Shown here piece by piece: positions 18,252-27,655 of a stretch of 32,000 bases of DNA. Origin of the DNA: an uncultured archaeon (GTDB taxonomy: Archaea > Asgardarchaeota > Thorarchaeia > Thorarchaeales > Thorarchaeaceae); assembly GCA_964354495.1 (NCBI GenBank), contig CAYHAA010000008.1, positions 90,177 through 122,176 on the forward strand, read 5' to 3'. Under the pieces are notes generated by a model. That model searched no databases, was not told the origin of the DNA, and worked only from the letters and a program-made list of their open reading frames with translations. The position numbers and the translations under genes are program-made. Position 1 is the first letter of the stretch. The number at the start of each line of letters is the position of its first letter.

Positions 18252-18305
18252 GAGAGAGGATACGAACCTCTCTCGATTTGAAATTGAGACTACATCTGTT
18301 TCTCT
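18252..18305 (+). repeat. Hairpin plus partial dispersed-repeat copy B
   Basis: GAGAGAGG-atacgaa-CCTCTCTC (18252-18274), then 9 nt, then TTGAGACTACATCTGTTTCTCT (18284-18305), which matches the copy C core with one insertion and one substitution. Confidence 0.7.
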
Positions 18306-18517
18306 ATCAGTGGGATAGGGTAGTTTGGATTGAGGGAGGTAGCAGTATCTAGGAGAGCAAGGGCTTCAATTGTGTCTGGATTTTTCTTACCCGGGTCCTC
18401 CTGTTTTTGCATCAGTGCTATAGCCAATGTGATATGACCATTGACATGATTTGAATTCTTCTCAATTAGGAGTCTTAGTGCATCGATTGCTTCTCTATTT
18501 CTACCTTCAGCTAACAT
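18290..18517 (-). pseudogene. TPR-like protein fragment (75 aa), apparently truncated
   Basis: EAIDALRLLIEKNSNHVNGHITLAIAL...EALALLDTATSLNPNYPIP resembles two TPR units. It stops where another TPR helix would start, and the last four codons and stop (EKQM*) come from the dispersed repeat. Confidence 0.5.
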
Positions 18518-18643
18518 CCTTGCTGCTGCTTAATAGATTTGGTTTCGTGGATGTCTAAAGAGAGGCATCAGAAATCACAATGAGAAATACGTGAAACAAC
18601 TCTTAAGTCATCACCTACTTGTACAGATTCAGGTGAAAGGATC

Positions 18644-20002
18644 TTGACAACAATGTTTGGTACAAACGGAGTCCGTGGTATAATAAACGAGGGCTTTACC
18701 GTTGAAATGGTTCTCAATCTGGGTCGTGCCATAGGCACTGTGCTAGGTCCTGGTGTAGTTGGTATAGCGCGGGACTCGCGGATGGGAGGCGAAATGTTCA
18801 CTCGGGTATTGACTTCTGGGTTAACCTCAACAAGCTGTTCTGTTGTCAATCTTGGTCTTGTGCCGGCTCCGACTTTGCAGTATATGATTCCCAGACTAGG
18901 ATGTGTCGCTGGAGTCATGGTTACGGCTTCACACAACCCTCCTCAATTCAATGGAATGAAAGTGATAGGATCCAAGGGAATTGAGATATCTCGCGAGACC
19001 GAAAATCAGATTGAATCAGTCTACCAATCGAAGCAGTTCAAAATTGCTGATTGGAACAAAATCGGTCTTATCACACATTATGACTCTGCAATTGATGCGT
19101 ATATAGAGGGAATCAAAAAGCTCCTTGATGTTGATAAAATAAAGAATAAGAAACTGAAAGTGATTGTTGATTGTGCTAATAGTGTAGGGGGTTTAGTGAC
19201 ACCCAGACTCCTAAGAGAACTTGGATGTACCGTAGTTTCACTTAATGCTCAGTTGGATGGTTCATTTCCGGGAAGAAATCCTGAGCCAATCCCTGAGAAT
19301 ATCAAGGACCTTGCACTCGCGGTAAGAGTCACTGGGGCTGATTTAGGGATAGCACATGATGGTGACGCAGATAGAGCAACCTTCGTTGATGAAACGGGCA
19401 GGGTACTGTGGGGTGACCAATCCTTTGCATTGATTGCCTCGCGAGTATTGGCTAAGAAACATGGGTCAACTCTAGTCACGCCTGTTTCAAGCGGTCGTCT
19501 TATTGAAGATGTAGTCCGAAAAGCTGGCGCCAAGATTGATTGGACTGAAGTGGGAAGTGTTGTTGTTTCGCACAGACTCGAGGAGATTGGTGCAGAATTA
19601 GGTGGTGAGGAAAATGGCGGGGTTTTTTTCCCAGCTCATCAGCCTGTTCGTGATGGTGCGATGACTGCTACCCAAGTGGTGGAAATGATTGCTCTAGAAG
19701 GCAAGACTCTCTCACAGCTTGTCAGTGAACTTCCTGCATATTTCAATACAAAGGTGAAAGTACATGTACCTCAGGAAAAGAAGGAATTGCTTCTAGAGGC
19801 ACTCCTTGAACTAAGTAAGGACATGAATCGTATAACAATAGATGGTGTGAAGATAATCCACGATGATGGCTGGATTCTTATCAGACCGTCTGGCACTGAG
19901 CCTATCTATCGTTGTTTTGCCGAAGGAAACACGCAAGAGACTGCAGATCGCCTCAGTGACGAAGGTGTTAAGCTGATTGAGCGTGCAAAGAAACTGGTCT
20001 AA
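18644..20002 (+). CDS. Alpha-D-phosphohexomutase (phosphomannomutase/phosphoglucosamine mutase family)
   Basis: MFGTNGVRG, phosphoserine motif TASHNP, metal loop DGDADR, GGEENGG, RPSGTEP. Substrate (ManB vs GlmM) cannot be resolved from motifs. Confidence 0.92.
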   Translation: MTTMFGTNGVRGIINEGFTVEMVLNLGRAIGTVLGPGVVGIARDSRMGGEMFTRVLTSGLTSTSCSVVNLGLVPAPTLQYMIPRLGCVAGVMVTASHNPPQFNGMKVIGSKGIEISRETENQIESVYQSKQFKIADWNKIGLITHYDSAIDAYIEGIKKLLDVDKIKNKKLKVIVDCANSVGGLVTPRLLRELGCTVVSLNAQLDGSFPGRNPEPIPENIKDLALAVRVTGADLGIAHDGDADRATFVDETGRVLWGDQSFALIASRVLAKKHGSTLVTPVSSGRLIEDVVRKAGAKIDWTEVGSVVVSHRLEEIGAELGGEENGGVFFPAHQPVRDGAMTATQVVEMIALEGKTLSQLVSELPAYFNTKVKVHVPQEKKELLLEALLELSKDMNRITIDGVKIIHDDGWILIRPSGTEPIYRCFAEGNTQETADRLSDEGVKLIERAKKLV

Positions 20003-20167
20003 AACCTCCTTCCATTATCTAGTATCATCTCCAAATGAAATGATAGACTGATTTGATACTTGAATTATGACTATTGAAAATGCCAGTTCATAACGCTTAT
20101 CTCTTGCTGCAAGTTAGGTATTCAAATTGGATGGCATCTTTGTATCCACTGGTGATGTGATTAGTTT

Positions 20168-21331
20168 ATGTTGAGAATAGCTTATGTGAGCAGCTATACA
20201 CCCAGAGAGTGTGGAATAGCCACTTTCACTGAGGACTTGACAAAGAGCATAGACGCTCTCCACGTATTGGAACCTGCAGCTATTATTGGCATAAATGACT
20301 CAGGCTCATCCTATAACTATGGAAAAGAAGTAGTGACGCAAATTGATGCGACTGATGAAACGACCTATCACCAAGTAGCTGATCTAATCAACGGTTCAGA
20401 TTTCGATTTGGTAAATGTGCAGCATGAGTTTGGACTTTTCGGTGGAGATTGGGGGAATTATCTCTTGACCTTCCTCGAAAGACTGAGCAAGCCTAGCATT
20501 ACTACAATGCACACAACACTCTCACCCGATTCGAGGATATTCCAGTCGCCTGAAAGTATTGCAGCTCATAACAAGGTGGTGAAGGGGATAGGGCGATACA
20601 GCTCTGCCATTACAGTCATGACGAAGATGGCGGCAAACATCCTCAGAGAAAACTATGATGTCGATGCAGATAAAATCCGGATTATTCCACATGGAACCCC
20701 TCCTATACCATCTGTGCCAAGCGAGCTGGCAAAAGATGCCTTGGGCTTGAATGGGCGAATTGTCTTGTCCACCTTCGGGCTCTTAAGTCGAGATAAGGGA
20801 ATTCAAAATGCAATCAAAGCTCTGCCAGAACTCGTCAAAGAGTGGCCCGACATACTCTATCTGGTAATTGGAGCGACTCATCCACAAGTTAGACTGCATG
20901 AAGGCGAGAAATACAGAAACCGACTAGTCCGTTTGGTGAAGAGATTAAAGTTAGAGAACAATGTCAAGTTCCACAATCGCTTTGTGACCCAAGATGAACT
21001 AATTCAATACTTACGGGGTACGGATGTTTATATTTGCCCTTATATCAACGTGGATCAACTCTCAAGTGGGACAGTGACTTATGCACTAGGGGCCGGAAGA
21101 GCCATTGTTTCCACTCCCTTTTACTACGCTACAGAAGTTTTGGCTGAGGGTCGGGGATTACTTTGCAAATTTAAAAGTCCCAGTTCCATTACCGAAAGCA
21201 TCAGACAACTCCTAGAAAACCCTGGACAGAGAGCACGTATTGAGAAGCTGGCATATGAGTACGGTCAGGAAATGACATGGCCCAAAGTGGCTTCGAAATA
21301 TGCTTCTTTATTTAAAGAAGTGATTCAGTAG
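20168..21331 (+). CDS. GT4 glycosyltransferase (mannosyltransferase-like subfamily)
   Basis: SSYTPRECGIATFT, VQHEFGLFGG, TTMHT, IPHG, TFGLLSRDKGI, GATHP, SSGTVTYALGAG. Confidence 0.88.
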   Translation: MLRIAYVSSYTPRECGIATFTEDLTKSIDALHVLEPAAIIGINDSGSSYNYGKEVVTQIDATDETTYHQVADLINGSDFDLVNVQHEFGLFGGDWGNYLLTFLERLSKPSITTMHTTLSPDSRIFQSPESIAAHNKVVKGIGRYSSAITVMTKMAANILRENYDVDADKIRIIPHGTPPIPSVPSELAKDALGLNGRIVLSTFGLLSRDKGIQNAIKALPELVKEWPDILYLVIGATHPQVRLHEGEKYRNRLVRLVKRLKLENNVKFHNRFVTQDELIQYLRGTDVYICPYINVDQLSSGTVTYALGAGRAIVSTPFYYATEVLAEGRGLLCKFKSPSSITESIRQLLENPGQRARIEKLAYEYGQEMTWPKVASKYASLFKEVIQ

Positions 21332-21339
21332 AGAGGAGG

Positions 21340-22389
21340 GTGGACTCTATCAAACTTCCTTCTATCAGCGTTGGTTGGCTACAAGATTTGACCGATGACA
21401 CAGGTATATTCCAACACACAAAAGCCTCGATTGCTGACAGGAGAGAAGGATATACTACTGACGATAATGCTCGTGCTCTCATAGCTGCCCTCAAATATCA
21501 TAGATTAAGCGGAGATGAACAAGCTATGACCCTTGCACGGACCTATCTGAGCTTTCTTCTCCATATGCAGAAGGAAGATGGGCGGGTTCACAACTTCCTT
21601 GGATACAGTCGCAGCTTTCTCGATGAAGAGGGGTCGGAAGACTCACTCGGTCGGGTTCTTTGGGCCTGTGGATATTCTCAAGATGCGCTGATTTCTGATG
21701 ATTTAAGAATGATAGCGAATGAGATTTTCGACAAGAGCTTGATTTGGGCGTTGAGGTCTGGTTCGCCTAGAACACATGCCTATGCCATCCTGGGTCTTTA
21801 TCACTATGTTAAGGCATTCCCTCAAGACAAGAACCTTCCGTTGAATGTGATTCATCTGGCTGATCGCCTCTGTGAAGCTTACAGGCATGAATCTACAGAG
21901 TCGTGGCAATGGTTCGAGCCAAACCTTACGTATGCAAATGCTCGACTTCCTCATGCACTTTTCAGGGCATATCAGATAACCGGAAAGCAAGACTATCTCA
22001 TCATCGCTGAGAAGACTTTCGAGTTTCTTGTATCGACGGTTATTATTCATGATATGTTCCAACCAGTAGGCAATCGGTCCTGGCAGAGAAGAGGAGGAAA
22101 AAAGACGCTCTATGATCAACAGCCAATTGAAGCATCATGTATGGTGGAAGCGGCTTCCACAGCATTTCAGGTAACTGGAAAGAAGCAATACTCCAAAACT
22201 GCACGCATTGCATTTGATTGGTTCATGGGAAAGAACTCAAAGAACATAATGGTCTATAATCCCGCCACTGGCGGTTGTTTTGACGGGATTACACCTGAAG
22301 GGCTCAACATAAACCAGGGGGCGGAGTCAGGTCTCTCCTATCTCTTGGCCCGTCTTGAGATGGAGACTCTGCATAAGAATGAGCCATAG
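21340..22389 (+). CDS. Six-hairpin (alpha/alpha)6 glycosidase-like protein, usual C-terminal partner of this GT4 subfamily
   Basis: TDDTGIFQH, GYTTDDNARAL, SEDSLGR, LTYANARLPHAL, DQQPIEA, GCFDG...NQGAES. GTG start with GAGGAGG, 8 nt after the GT4 stop. Confidence 0.75.
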   Translation: MDSIKLPSISVGWLQDLTDDTGIFQHTKASIADRREGYTTDDNARALIAALKYHRLSGDEQAMTLARTYLSFLLHMQKEDGRVHNFLGYSRSFLDEEGSEDSLGRVLWACGYSQDALISDDLRMIANEIFDKSLIWALRSGSPRTHAYAILGLYHYVKAFPQDKNLPLNVIHLADRLCEAYRHESTESWQWFEPNLTYANARLPHALFRAYQITGKQDYLIIAEKTFEFLVSTVIIHDMFQPVGNRSWQRRGGKKTLYDQQPIEASCMVEAASTAFQVTGKKQYSKTARIAFDWFMGKNSKNIMVYNPATGGCFDGITPEGLNINQGAESGLSYLLARLEMETLHKNEP

Positions 22390-22415
22390 TGTTCAATCGG
22401 AAAAGCCGAACTCAA

Positions 22416-23300
22416 CTAGGGAAGAAGCTCTCCCAGGTCGTATTCGGCTCCACAGACTACGGAATCAGCACCACCATAATAGACAAGAAGCTTGTCATCC
22501 AACATGACGCTCCCACAGCTAAACACGACATTAGGCACCTTGCCAAACCTTTCATAGTCCTCACTTGGTTCCAATATTGGTTTTTCCGAACGATAGAGTA
22601 TGTTCTCCGGGTTCTCCTTGTCAATCAAGAGAGCGCCGAGACGATAGACGTAGTTATAATCCACCCCATGATATATGAAAAGCCAGCCCTCATTCACTTC
22701 GATGGGCGGTCCTGCTGATCCGACCTTGAGGCAGTCCCAACTATCGTTTCTGGGCTCCATCACTGCCTTGATATTGCACCATCGTTTCAGGTCGTCGGAA
22801 TATGCTATGCATAAATAGGGTTCAAGACGGTGATACATCACATAACGCCCGTCTATTTTCTTTGGGAATATCACTGCATTCTTGTTGAGGATGCCATCAA
22901 AAGGTAACCATCTCTCTCCCCAGTTCCAATCGTTTGATATCAAGTCTTCCAGAGATATCTTTGTTATAGAAACTTGATACGCGTTACTGGGATAACTCCT
23001 GTAGGCCGTGTAGGTCATCAGGCATTCTCCGTCCATTTGTGTGAGACGCGGGTCTTCACACCCTAGATTCTCACAGGAACTTGCCGGAGCAAAAGCTGGT
23101 TCGGGCTGTCGCGTGTCAATCGAATATCCATCCGAAGAACTCGCGTATCCCAAACGTGACACTCCATCGTCTCCCATGGCACGATAAAGGATATGGACTT
23201 TATCTCCTGCATAGAGGGCGGCTGCATTGAATACTTCTCGATTTTGCCAATAATGACCTTGTACTGGCTCGAGGATTGGATTATTACTAAACCGCTTCAT
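22416..23300 (-). CDS. GH130-family beta-mannoside phosphorylase/glycosidase
   Basis: VFNAAA, GCEDPRLT, NKNAVIFPKKIDGRYVMYHR, GPPI, YHGV, VPNVVFSCG, YYGGADS (five-bladed propeller family). Confidence 0.88.
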   Translation of the reverse strand: MKRFSNNPILEPVQGHYWQNREVFNAAALYAGDKVHILYRAMGDDGVSRLGYASSSDGYSIDTRQPEPAFAPASSCENLGCEDPRLTQMDGECLMTYTAYRSYPSNAYQVSITKISLEDLISNDWNWGERWLPFDGILNKNAVIFPKKIDGRYVMYHRLEPYLCIAYSDDLKRWCNIKAVMEPRNDSWDCLKVGSAGPPIEVNEGWLFIYHGVDYNYVYRLGALLIDKENPENILYRSEKPILEPSEDYERFGKVPNVVFSCGSVMLDDKLLVYYGGADSVVCGAEYDLGELLP

Positions 23301-23332
23301 TAGTTTCTCTCCTAGTGGTATGTCAAGGTTTT

Positions 23333-23722
23333 CTAGGTTTTGACTGACTGCATATCATGGACTTCATCCAAGATTATTCTTAAACTGAGGAGGCCGATAA
23401 GATGCCCCTGCTTATCAGTCACTGGCAAATGTCGTATATTATGAGATTTCATGATATTTTTTGCCTCTGCGAAGGAAGCTCCCTTTTCGACAGTCTTGAG
23501 ATTGGTCGTCATGACCTCCTTGAGCGGTGTACTCAATGGAATATCAGAAGCTACGACTCTAATAGCGTCTCGTTCTGTGAATATTCCCTTGCACTTCCTC
23601 TCCTTATCGATTATAACAATCGAACCAATATGCTTGACATAAAGGATGTGAATCGCCTCTTTGATAGAGATATCTCCCGAAGCCGTTACTACATCTTCAA
23701 TCATCATACCGTTAATCTTCAA
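23333..23722 (-). CDS. CBS-domain pair protein
   Basis: Two CBS units: IGSIVII...GIFTERD and IRHLPVTD...GLLS. TTG start. Confidence 0.88.
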   Translation of the reverse strand: MKINGMMIEDVVTASGDISIKEAIHILYVKHIGSIVIIDKERKCKGIFTERDAIRVVASDIPLSTPLKEVMTTNLKTVEKGASFAEAKNIMKSHNIRHLPVTDKQGHLIGLLSLRIILDEVHDMQSVKT

Positions 23723-23912
23723 TCAACCATTCCTCTCATCCGTTGCTTGCTAGATAGGGGTATTTAACATGATGGTAGGGTTAACCTACATTGTAAGGGT
23801 AATCCCTTTCAACATCTCTCTCTAGTTGAGACTCAGGTCCGAATATTAGACACACATTGTAGTCGGGTACAACAAGCTACATCTTTTATCTCTTGCATCA
23901 TTACTAGAATGT

Positions 23913-24566
23913 ATGGAAAAAGGGAAATATCTCACAGCTGCTATGATAGTTGCGCATCCTGATGATGAAACGATCTGGGCTGGAGGGACTGTGCTCATCC
24001 ACTCGGACTGGCATTGGACAATTGTATCGCTCTGTCGTGGAAGCGACACAGATCGGGTGCCAAAATTCATTCGCGCTGTCCAGCAACTTGGCGGAGTTAG
24101 TGAGATTGGTGATCTCGATGATGGAACTGAGCAATTGCCTCTATCAGAAGCTGATGTACAGCAAATGGTGCTCTCCTTATTGCCTGAAAAGCATTTTGAC
24201 CTTATCCTAACCCACAGTCCACATGGAGAATACACACGGCATCGACGCCACGAAGAAATCGGGACAGCAGTTGCTTTACTATGGGAGAGAGAACTGATTA
24301 AAGCAAAAGAGGTCTGGATGTTCGCTTATGAGGATGGTGGAAAGGGTGGTAAGGATGATCTCCCTAAAGCGATTAAGACGGCACATCTGATATCATACTT
24401 GCCTGAGGACATATGGCTAAGGAAATATACTATCGTTAATGACATATACGGCTTTGCTCCTGGGACATATGAAGCTGATATCATCATGAGAGAAGAAGCG
24501 TTCTGGTGTTTCCAATCCCCTGTTGAATTCCGAAAATGGTTAAAAACGAAGAGGAGCAAACGATGA
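23913..24566 (+). CDS. PIG-L/LmbE-family deacetylase-like protein
   Basis: VAHPDDE metal motif and LTHSPHGEYTRHRRH (variant of TH...HxDH). Confidence 0.8.
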   Translation: MEKGKYLTAAMIVAHPDDETIWAGGTVLIHSDWHWTIVSLCRGSDTDRVPKFIRAVQQLGGVSEIGDLDDGTEQLPLSEADVQQMVLSLLPEKHFDLILTHSPHGEYTRHRRHEEIGTAVALLWERELIKAKEVWMFAYEDGGKGGKDDLPKAIKTAHLISYLPEDIWLRKYTIVNDIYGFAPGTYEADIIMREEAFWCFQSPVEFRKWLKTKRSKR

Positions 24567-25705
24567 GGGTACTAGTACTATACGACTTTCCACCTCCCCC
24601 TGGAGGACTGGCAACCCAAGGTGACCTACTCTACAAGGGACTCAAAGAATTAGGGATTGACGCTCAAGCGGTTCATTATTCTTCTGCACAGGAAAAGGAA
24701 TGGTACTACCGCTGGTTCAAACCGGATATAGTTGTGGGAGTGGGCTACTGGGGAAATACGCCTGATCTGGTTCTCCATGCTCAGCGGTATGGGGCCCTGC
24801 CGGTGCCCTGGCTGGTGGCCGATGGCTATGTAGCGAATTATCAGGAGATCCTTAACGCACTGCCTCTCATTCTGGTCACATCGCAATGGGTTAAAGATGT
24901 CTACAAACGCGATGGTCTGCACGGTAAGAATATAGAGGTTTTACCTGTCGGAGTAGACACTGAATCCTTCGTGCCACGTGACAAGAGTGAACAGAAAGTG
25001 GCCTGTGTCCGTGACGCATTAGGCGTTAAGCCTGAAGACATTATGATTCTTACTGTAGGCGGAGATGCCGCATCCAAAGGCGCACAGGAAGTGATGCAAG
25101 CTCTGGCGATTATTGATGGCAAAGCGCCGAACTGGAAATACGTGTGCAAGGTCTGGCCACAGCCCAGGACCTTGCAGCAGAACCTCATGGATCTTCAGCT
25201 AGCGACCTCCCTCGGCATAGTGGACAAGGTGATTTACACAACTAACATCGTTTCGCGGAATTTCATGCCTTACCTTCTGAATGCATGTGACATTTACGCT
25301 GCTCCCTCAAGGTTAGAGGGATTCGGAATGCCGCAAGTTGAGGCAGGAGCCTGCTGCAAGCCGGTAGTTTCTATCAAAGCTATGGCCATGCTTGACACAC
25401 TAGTCCATGGTGAAACAGCTTTCTTGGCTGATATCGCCATGGAGGTCGTGATGAACGAAACAACTGTCGGGGAGGAGTCTGGCTGGGAGTCAGGGCATAG
25501 GATAGTCTTTCAGTATCCGCACACGGTCGATTATCGGGCCAGTGTTCATGATATAGCTGACTACCTGTTGACTCTCATGCAAGATGAGAAACTGCGACGG
25601 CGGATGGGGGAAGCGGGGAGGAGAAGAGTGGTAGAGAACTATGACTACCGAATTGTAGCAAAAAAGTTTGTTCAGCTCATTTCGGAAAAACTGGGGATTA
25701 AATGA
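24563..25705 (+). CDS. GT4 glycosyltransferase
   Basis: PPPPGG, GVDT, and the EX7E motif EGFGMPQVE. Start at ATG 24563 overlaps the deacetylase stop (ATGA). Confidence 0.88.
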   Translation: MRVLVLYDFPPPPGGLATQGDLLYKGLKELGIDAQAVHYSSAQEKEWYYRWFKPDIVVGVGYWGNTPDLVLHAQRYGALPVPWLVADGYVANYQEILNALPLILVTSQWVKDVYKRDGLHGKNIEVLPVGVDTESFVPRDKSEQKVACVRDALGVKPEDIMILTVGGDAASKGAQEVMQALAIIDGKAPNWKYVCKVWPQPRTLQQNLMDLQLATSLGIVDKVIYTTNIVSRNFMPYLLNACDIYAAPSRLEGFGMPQVEAGACCKPVVSIKAMAMLDTLVHGETAFLADIAMEVVMNETTVGEESGWESGHRIVFQYPHTVDYRASVHDIADYLLTLMQDEKLRRRMGEAGRRRVVENYDYRIVAKKFVQLISEKLGIK

Positions 25706-25706
25706 G

Positions 25707-26867
25707 ATGAAAGAAGAACAATGGGCTACCATTCGGGAAGCCAAGGAAGCCGCCTTGGAGGTCTTGCTGCACAATGCCCGAGGTCCGTACCACTCACTGC
25801 CTAGAGCCGCGGGATGGGGGTACCCAGAGCCTTACACCCGTGATCTCTTAATCTCCGGGCTAGGCATACTAACCTGCGGGAACCAAAGGTTGATGGCAAT
25901 TCTGCGACGTGTACTCCAGACGCTAGCTAGAAATCAAAGCCATTTGGGACAAATTCCGGTACTTGTTCATGACCCAAATGAACTTAATTCAAGCGATTCA
26001 ACACCACTTTTTCTTCTAGTCGTCGGTCTATATAGAAAGGTAACCGGGGACGCCAACTTCCTTGATGATGCGGTACAGAAAGCGATGACATGGATGGAAT
26101 ACCAAAGTCCGGCGAATGAAGTAATGGTGGCCCAATTGCCAACCAGTGATTGGCGAGATGAGCAATGGATATTGGGGTACGGGCTTTTTGTGAATACCAT
26201 AGTTTTCAGTTATCTTCTCCTGCACAATCAAACCAAGAGAGCCTCTAGGATTCAGGGCGAGATGAACAAGCCCCAAAAAGGGTTGGCACCCCGTCAAAAA
26301 CCATATTATGCTGCCTGGGTGTATAAAGTCCTCAGTGACGAGCATTTCGACCTCTTAGGCAACAGCTTGGCTATCCTCTCAGGTCTCGCCTCTCCGTCGA
26401 GAGCCAAAAGAATAGTTACATGGATTGAGCGTGAATGTCAGACAATGCGTGAACAAGGCCAGCTGGCGCTTGACCTCTCTCCCAATTATTTCCCCTACAT
26501 TCATCCAGAGGATCGAGATTGGCATCCCAGGTACGCTACGTTCAATCTTCCTGGTGAATATCATAACGGAGGAGTCTGGCCCTTCGTTTGCGGTTTCCAC
26601 GTAGCTGCAATTGTGGCAACAGGTAAGATTTCTTTGGCTGAGAAAAAACTGCTCGCACTAACCGAACTGGTTCGCCCGTCACGTGAAGTTAATGTTGACT
26701 TCGGCTTCAATGAATGGTTTCGCGCCCAAGATGGTACGCCAAGAGGGCAAGACTGGCAGAGTTGGTCAGCGGCGATGTATCTGTACGCCGCGGTTTCGGT
26801 CGAACAAAGACAAACCCCGTTTTTTGACGAAATTCGAAGTTTCTCACGAAAAGGGTTTTCTGAATGA
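25707..26867 (+). CDS. GH100-like / amylo-alpha-1,6-glucosidase-like six-hairpin glycoside hydrolase
   Basis: YPEPYTRD, SSDSTPLF, DWRDE, FDLLGNSLAIL, YHNGGVWPF, FNEW, QSWSAAMYL. ATG 25707 lies 1 nt after the GT4 stop. Confidence 0.72.
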   Translation: MKEEQWATIREAKEAALEVLLHNARGPYHSLPRAAGWGYPEPYTRDLLISGLGILTCGNQRLMAILRRVLQTLARNQSHLGQIPVLVHDPNELNSSDSTPLFLLVVGLYRKVTGDANFLDDAVQKAMTWMEYQSPANEVMVAQLPTSDWRDEQWILGYGLFVNTIVFSYLLLHNQTKRASRIQGEMNKPQKGLAPRQKPYYAAWVYKVLSDEHFDLLGNSLAILSGLASPSRAKRIVTWIERECQTMREQGQLALDLSPNYFPYIHPEDRDWHPRYATFNLPGEYHNGGVWPFVCGFHVAAIVATGKISLAEKKLLALTELVRPSREVNVDFGFNEWFRAQDGTPRGQDWQSWSAAMYLYAAVSVEQRQTPFFDEIRSFSRKGFSE

Positions 26868-27127
26868 AATGGCGCGTTAGATATGAAGATAAACATACGC
26901 AGGCGCTTGATGAAGGGAATCATTTCTATACTCGGAAAGTGCCGGTTTATAGACGGGCAGTGGACCATTTGACACTCCGTCCTCATCTGCAATGACAATC
27001 GCTATAATATGCCCGGACCATACTGGACAATGGTAAGTCATTTTGACCAAGATTAGGGTATGAGGCAGCTGCGCCGAGTAGTTTCCGCGCTATGATATAT
27101 ATAATAGCAGTTTATTCACTTGAAAGT

Positions 27128-27640
27128 ATGAAAGAGAAATCCAAGTTTTCAGTTACATTCAAAGACGAGTCAATTGTAGAGCTTGTGAAAAAGACTGACC
27201 AAAAAACATTAGCCATGTGGGCAGTCGATTGTGTCGAGCGTGTCATGCCATACTTTGAGGAAAAGTACCCAGAAGACCCCCGCCCCCGAAAAGCTATTGA
27301 AACGCTCCGAAAATGGATACATACCGGGACATTCAAGATGGCAGATGTACGCAAAGCTGCACTTGATGCTCATGCGGCGGCTCGCGAGGTAGGAGAAGAT
27401 ACTGCTGCTCGCTCTGCTGCCCGCGCCGCAGGTCAAGCGGTGGCAACTGCACATGTTCCTACTCATTCCATTGGTGCTGCAAATTATGTCTTGCAGGCTA
27501 TTCATAGAACCGCCAGCTCCTCTGATGCCGGTGCTGCCATAGCCAAAGAACGAGATTGGCAGTACAAGCACTTGCTTGAATTGGGGAATAGCCATGAGAG
27601 ATCAACGCGTGAAACACCGGAAGGAGATGAACAGAAATGA
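27128..27640 (+). CDS. Imm5-like putative immunity protein
   Basis: LAMWAVDCVERV...PEDPRPRKAIE...W...AHAAAR...AARAAGQAVATAHV..H pattern of the Imm5-like helical family. Start moved to ATG 27128. Confidence 0.7.
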   Translation: MKEKSKFSVTFKDESIVELVKKTDQKTLAMWAVDCVERVMPYFEEKYPEDPRPRKAIETLRKWIHTGTFKMADVRKAALDAHAAAREVGEDTAARSAARAAGQAVATAHVPTHSIGAANYVLQAIHRTASSSDAGAAIAKERDWQYKHLLELGNSHERSTRETPEGDEQK

Positions 27641-27655
27641 AGGAGTTCCTAAAAC

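Noticed and set aside
23813-23895. Possible fourth degenerate repeat copy (CTCTCTCTAGTTGAGACT ... CTACATCTTTTATCTCTTG)
   Set aside because: The two matching pieces are about 45 nt apart and each is short, so it cannot be separated from chance without a statistical model.
26969-27008. TTGACA and TATAAT hexamers resembling a bacterial sigma70 promoter
   Set aside because: Spacing is 28 nt rather than about 17, and the context appears archaeal.
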